Below are positions 62,451-64,000 of a DNA stretch of 64,000 nt, piece by piece. Where the stretch lies: positions 1,312,001 to 1,376,000 of the forward strand of contig CAWJWJ010000002.1 of assembly GCA_963846575.1 (NCBI GenBank). Reading direction: 5' to 3'. The stretch is from an uncultured Nitrospiraceae bacterium. GTDB taxonomy: Bacteria > Nitrospirota > Nitrospiria > Nitrospirales > Nitrospiraceae. The translations under genes were made by a program, and so were the position numbers. Under the pieces are notes generated by a model, which saw only the letters and a list, made by a program, of their open reading frames with translations, made no database searches and was not told the DNA's origin. Positions within the stretch are counted from its first letter, which is position 1. Each line of letters starts with the position of its first letter.

Positions 62451-63635
62451 CTAGCGATCATGAACGGATTGTTCTTGAGCCCGTGGTTTGCGATGGCTTC
62501 CCGCCACCATCCGAAACTCGAACAGGCGGCATTCGATGGCACCATTGAATAGCGGGACGCGGCGGGAAGGAGCCAGTCGCAACAGCCCTGGCAGTTTCAG
62601 GTCGGCCGTCAGGATATGGACGGTCCATCCGCAATAGTGTTTCTTCAACTGATCGCCGAACGCCGGATAAAAGTCCCGAAGCGTTTCAGGGTCTCCCATG
62701 CGATGGCCGTAGGGGGGATTCGTGATCAGAAGACCGGCCTCGGCCGGGGCCGGCAGGGTCAGCACGTCTCCCTGATGGAGGGTGACGGCGTCGACGCATC
62801 CGGCGATGGCCAGATTGGCCCGGACCGACGCGAGCGCCTGGGGGCTGTGGTCGGCCGCCTGAATCAAGCCGGCGGGGGCCGGGATCTCCGCGGCCTTGAG
62901 TTCGGTGCGCAGGTCGCTGAACGTCCGGGGGTCAAACGACAGCAGTTTTTCAAACGCGAACCGGCGGCCGAATCCAGGCGCGATCCGACGGGCCATCAGC
63001 GCGGCTTCGATCACGAACGTGCCGCTGCCGCACATGGGGTCGAACAGCAGGGCGTCCGGTGTCCACTTGGCGAGCCGTAAGATCCCAGCCGCGAGGTTTT
63101 CCCGGATCGGAGCTTCGCCTGCCGACTTGCGCCAGCCTCGTTTGAAGAGGGGGTCCCCGGAAGTATCCAGATAGAGGGTGCACGTCGTTTGATCCAGGAA
63201 TACCGCAATGAGAATGTCCGGGGCGTGGGTGTCCACGATCGGCCGTTTGCCCCTGGCATATTGGAAGCGATCGCAGACGGCGTCCTTGACCCGCAGCGTC
63301 ACGAAATCCAAACTCTTCAAGGGGCAGTGGTGGGCGCTGACCTTCACCTTGATGGTCTGCTGCGGGGTGAACCAATCCTGCCATCTGACCGCCTTGACGG
63401 CATCATAGACGTCGTGTTCATCGCGATAGGGCAGCTCGGCAATGCGCAGGAGGATGCGGCTCGCGATGCGGGATTGTAAGTTCAGGCGATAGCAGAGAGC
63501 GAGCGTGCCGTGAAAGGCGACACCGCCGGCCGTTGCCTTCATCTGGGAGGCGCCCAGCTCCGTGAGCTCCTCAGTGAGGACCGCCTCGAGCCCGCGAGGG
63601 CAAGGTGCAAAGAAGGCGTGATTTATGCTATCCAT
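62451..63635 (-). CDS. THUMP-domain RNA methyltransferase (RlmL-like)
   Basis: LDTSGDPLFKRGWR, APIRENLAA, DPMCGSGT, TNPPYG. Confidence 0.92.
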   Translation of the reverse strand: MDSINHAFFAPCPRGLEAVLTEELTELGASQMKATAGGVAFHGTLALCYRLNLQSRIASRILLRIAELPYRDEHDVYDAVKAVRWQDWFTPQQTIKVKVSAHHCPLKSLDFVTLRVKDAVCDRFQYARGKRPIVDTHAPDILIAVFLDQTTCTLYLDTSGDPLFKRGWRKSAGEAPIRENLAAGILRLAKWTPDALLFDPMCGSGTFVIEAALMARRIAPGFGRRFAFEKLLSFDPRTFSDLRTELKAAEIPAPAGLIQAADHSPQALASVRANLAIAGCVDAVTLHQGDVLTLPAPAEAGLLITNPPYGHRMGDPETLRDFYPAFGDQLKKHYCGWTVHILTADLKLPGLLRLAPSRRVPLFNGAIECRLFEFRMVAGSHRKPRAQEQSVHDR

Positions 63636-63663
63636 TCTCTTCCCTGTGTGATCGGGAGCTGTC

Positions 63664-64000
63664 ATGAAGTTTTGCTCTGAATGTGGGGCCGGGCTATCCT
63701 CGAAAATTCCACCCGGCGATAACCTGCCGCGATTCGTGTGCGATATCTGCCAGGTTATCCATTACATCAATCCGAAAATCGTCGCCGGCTGCATTCCCGA
63801 GTGGAAAGACAAAATCCTGCTCTGCCGGCGGGCCATCGAACCGCGCCTGGGCCACTGGACCTTTCCCGCGGGCTTCATGGAGATCGGCGAAAGCACCGAG
63901 CAGGCCGCCATTCGCGAAACGATGGAAGAAGCCCAGGCCGATGTCGAGATCACGTCTCTCTATGCCGTCCTGAGTCTGCCCCGAATCAGCCAGGTGCATA
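63664..64000 (+). CDS. Zn-ribbon Nudix hydrolase (runs off window)
   Basis: Hand translation MKFCSECG...VCDIC..IHYINPK...PAGFMEIGESTEQAAIRETMEEA. Confidence 0.9.
   Translation, partial: MKFCSECGAGLSSKIPPGDNLPRFVCDICQVIHYINPKIVAGCIPEWKDKILLCRRAIEPRLGHWTFPAGFMEIGESTEQAAIRETMEEAQADVEITSLYAVLSLPRISQVH

Overview
GC-rich bacterial DNA; the gene content suggests a Nitrospira-like organism, which is an inference only. From 1 to 6.7 kb there are YeeE/YedE transporters, a pqqABCDE operon (pqqA is below the ORF-track cutoff) and a PQQ-type dehydrogenase, followed by decayed integrase remnants. From 7430 to 39508 lies a ~32 kb integrated element bounded by a perfect 40-bp direct repeat, which is the 5' half of tRNA-Arg(TCT). 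The intact tRNA sits at the right end, just behind the element's tyrosine integrase. The element joins ~24 kb of copper/zinc cargo (caddie + tyrosinase, Csp, CopZ/CopA, three multicopper oxidases, CopB, TolC, CzcCBA, CzcD) to a filamentous-phage (inovirus)-like module (Rep_trans, ssDNA-binding protein, pIII/pVI-like, Zot, two coat-like peptides), plus JAB/RadC, xis and int. Several element genes carry frameshifts that may be sequencing errors. The right 24 kb is ordinary chromosome: DUF748, peroxiredoxin, radical SAM, HD-GYP, RuBisCO-like protein, cyclase, an atypical clpX, msrB, lon, THUMP methyltransferase and Nudix. All family assignments come from motif recognition by eye; no searches were run.
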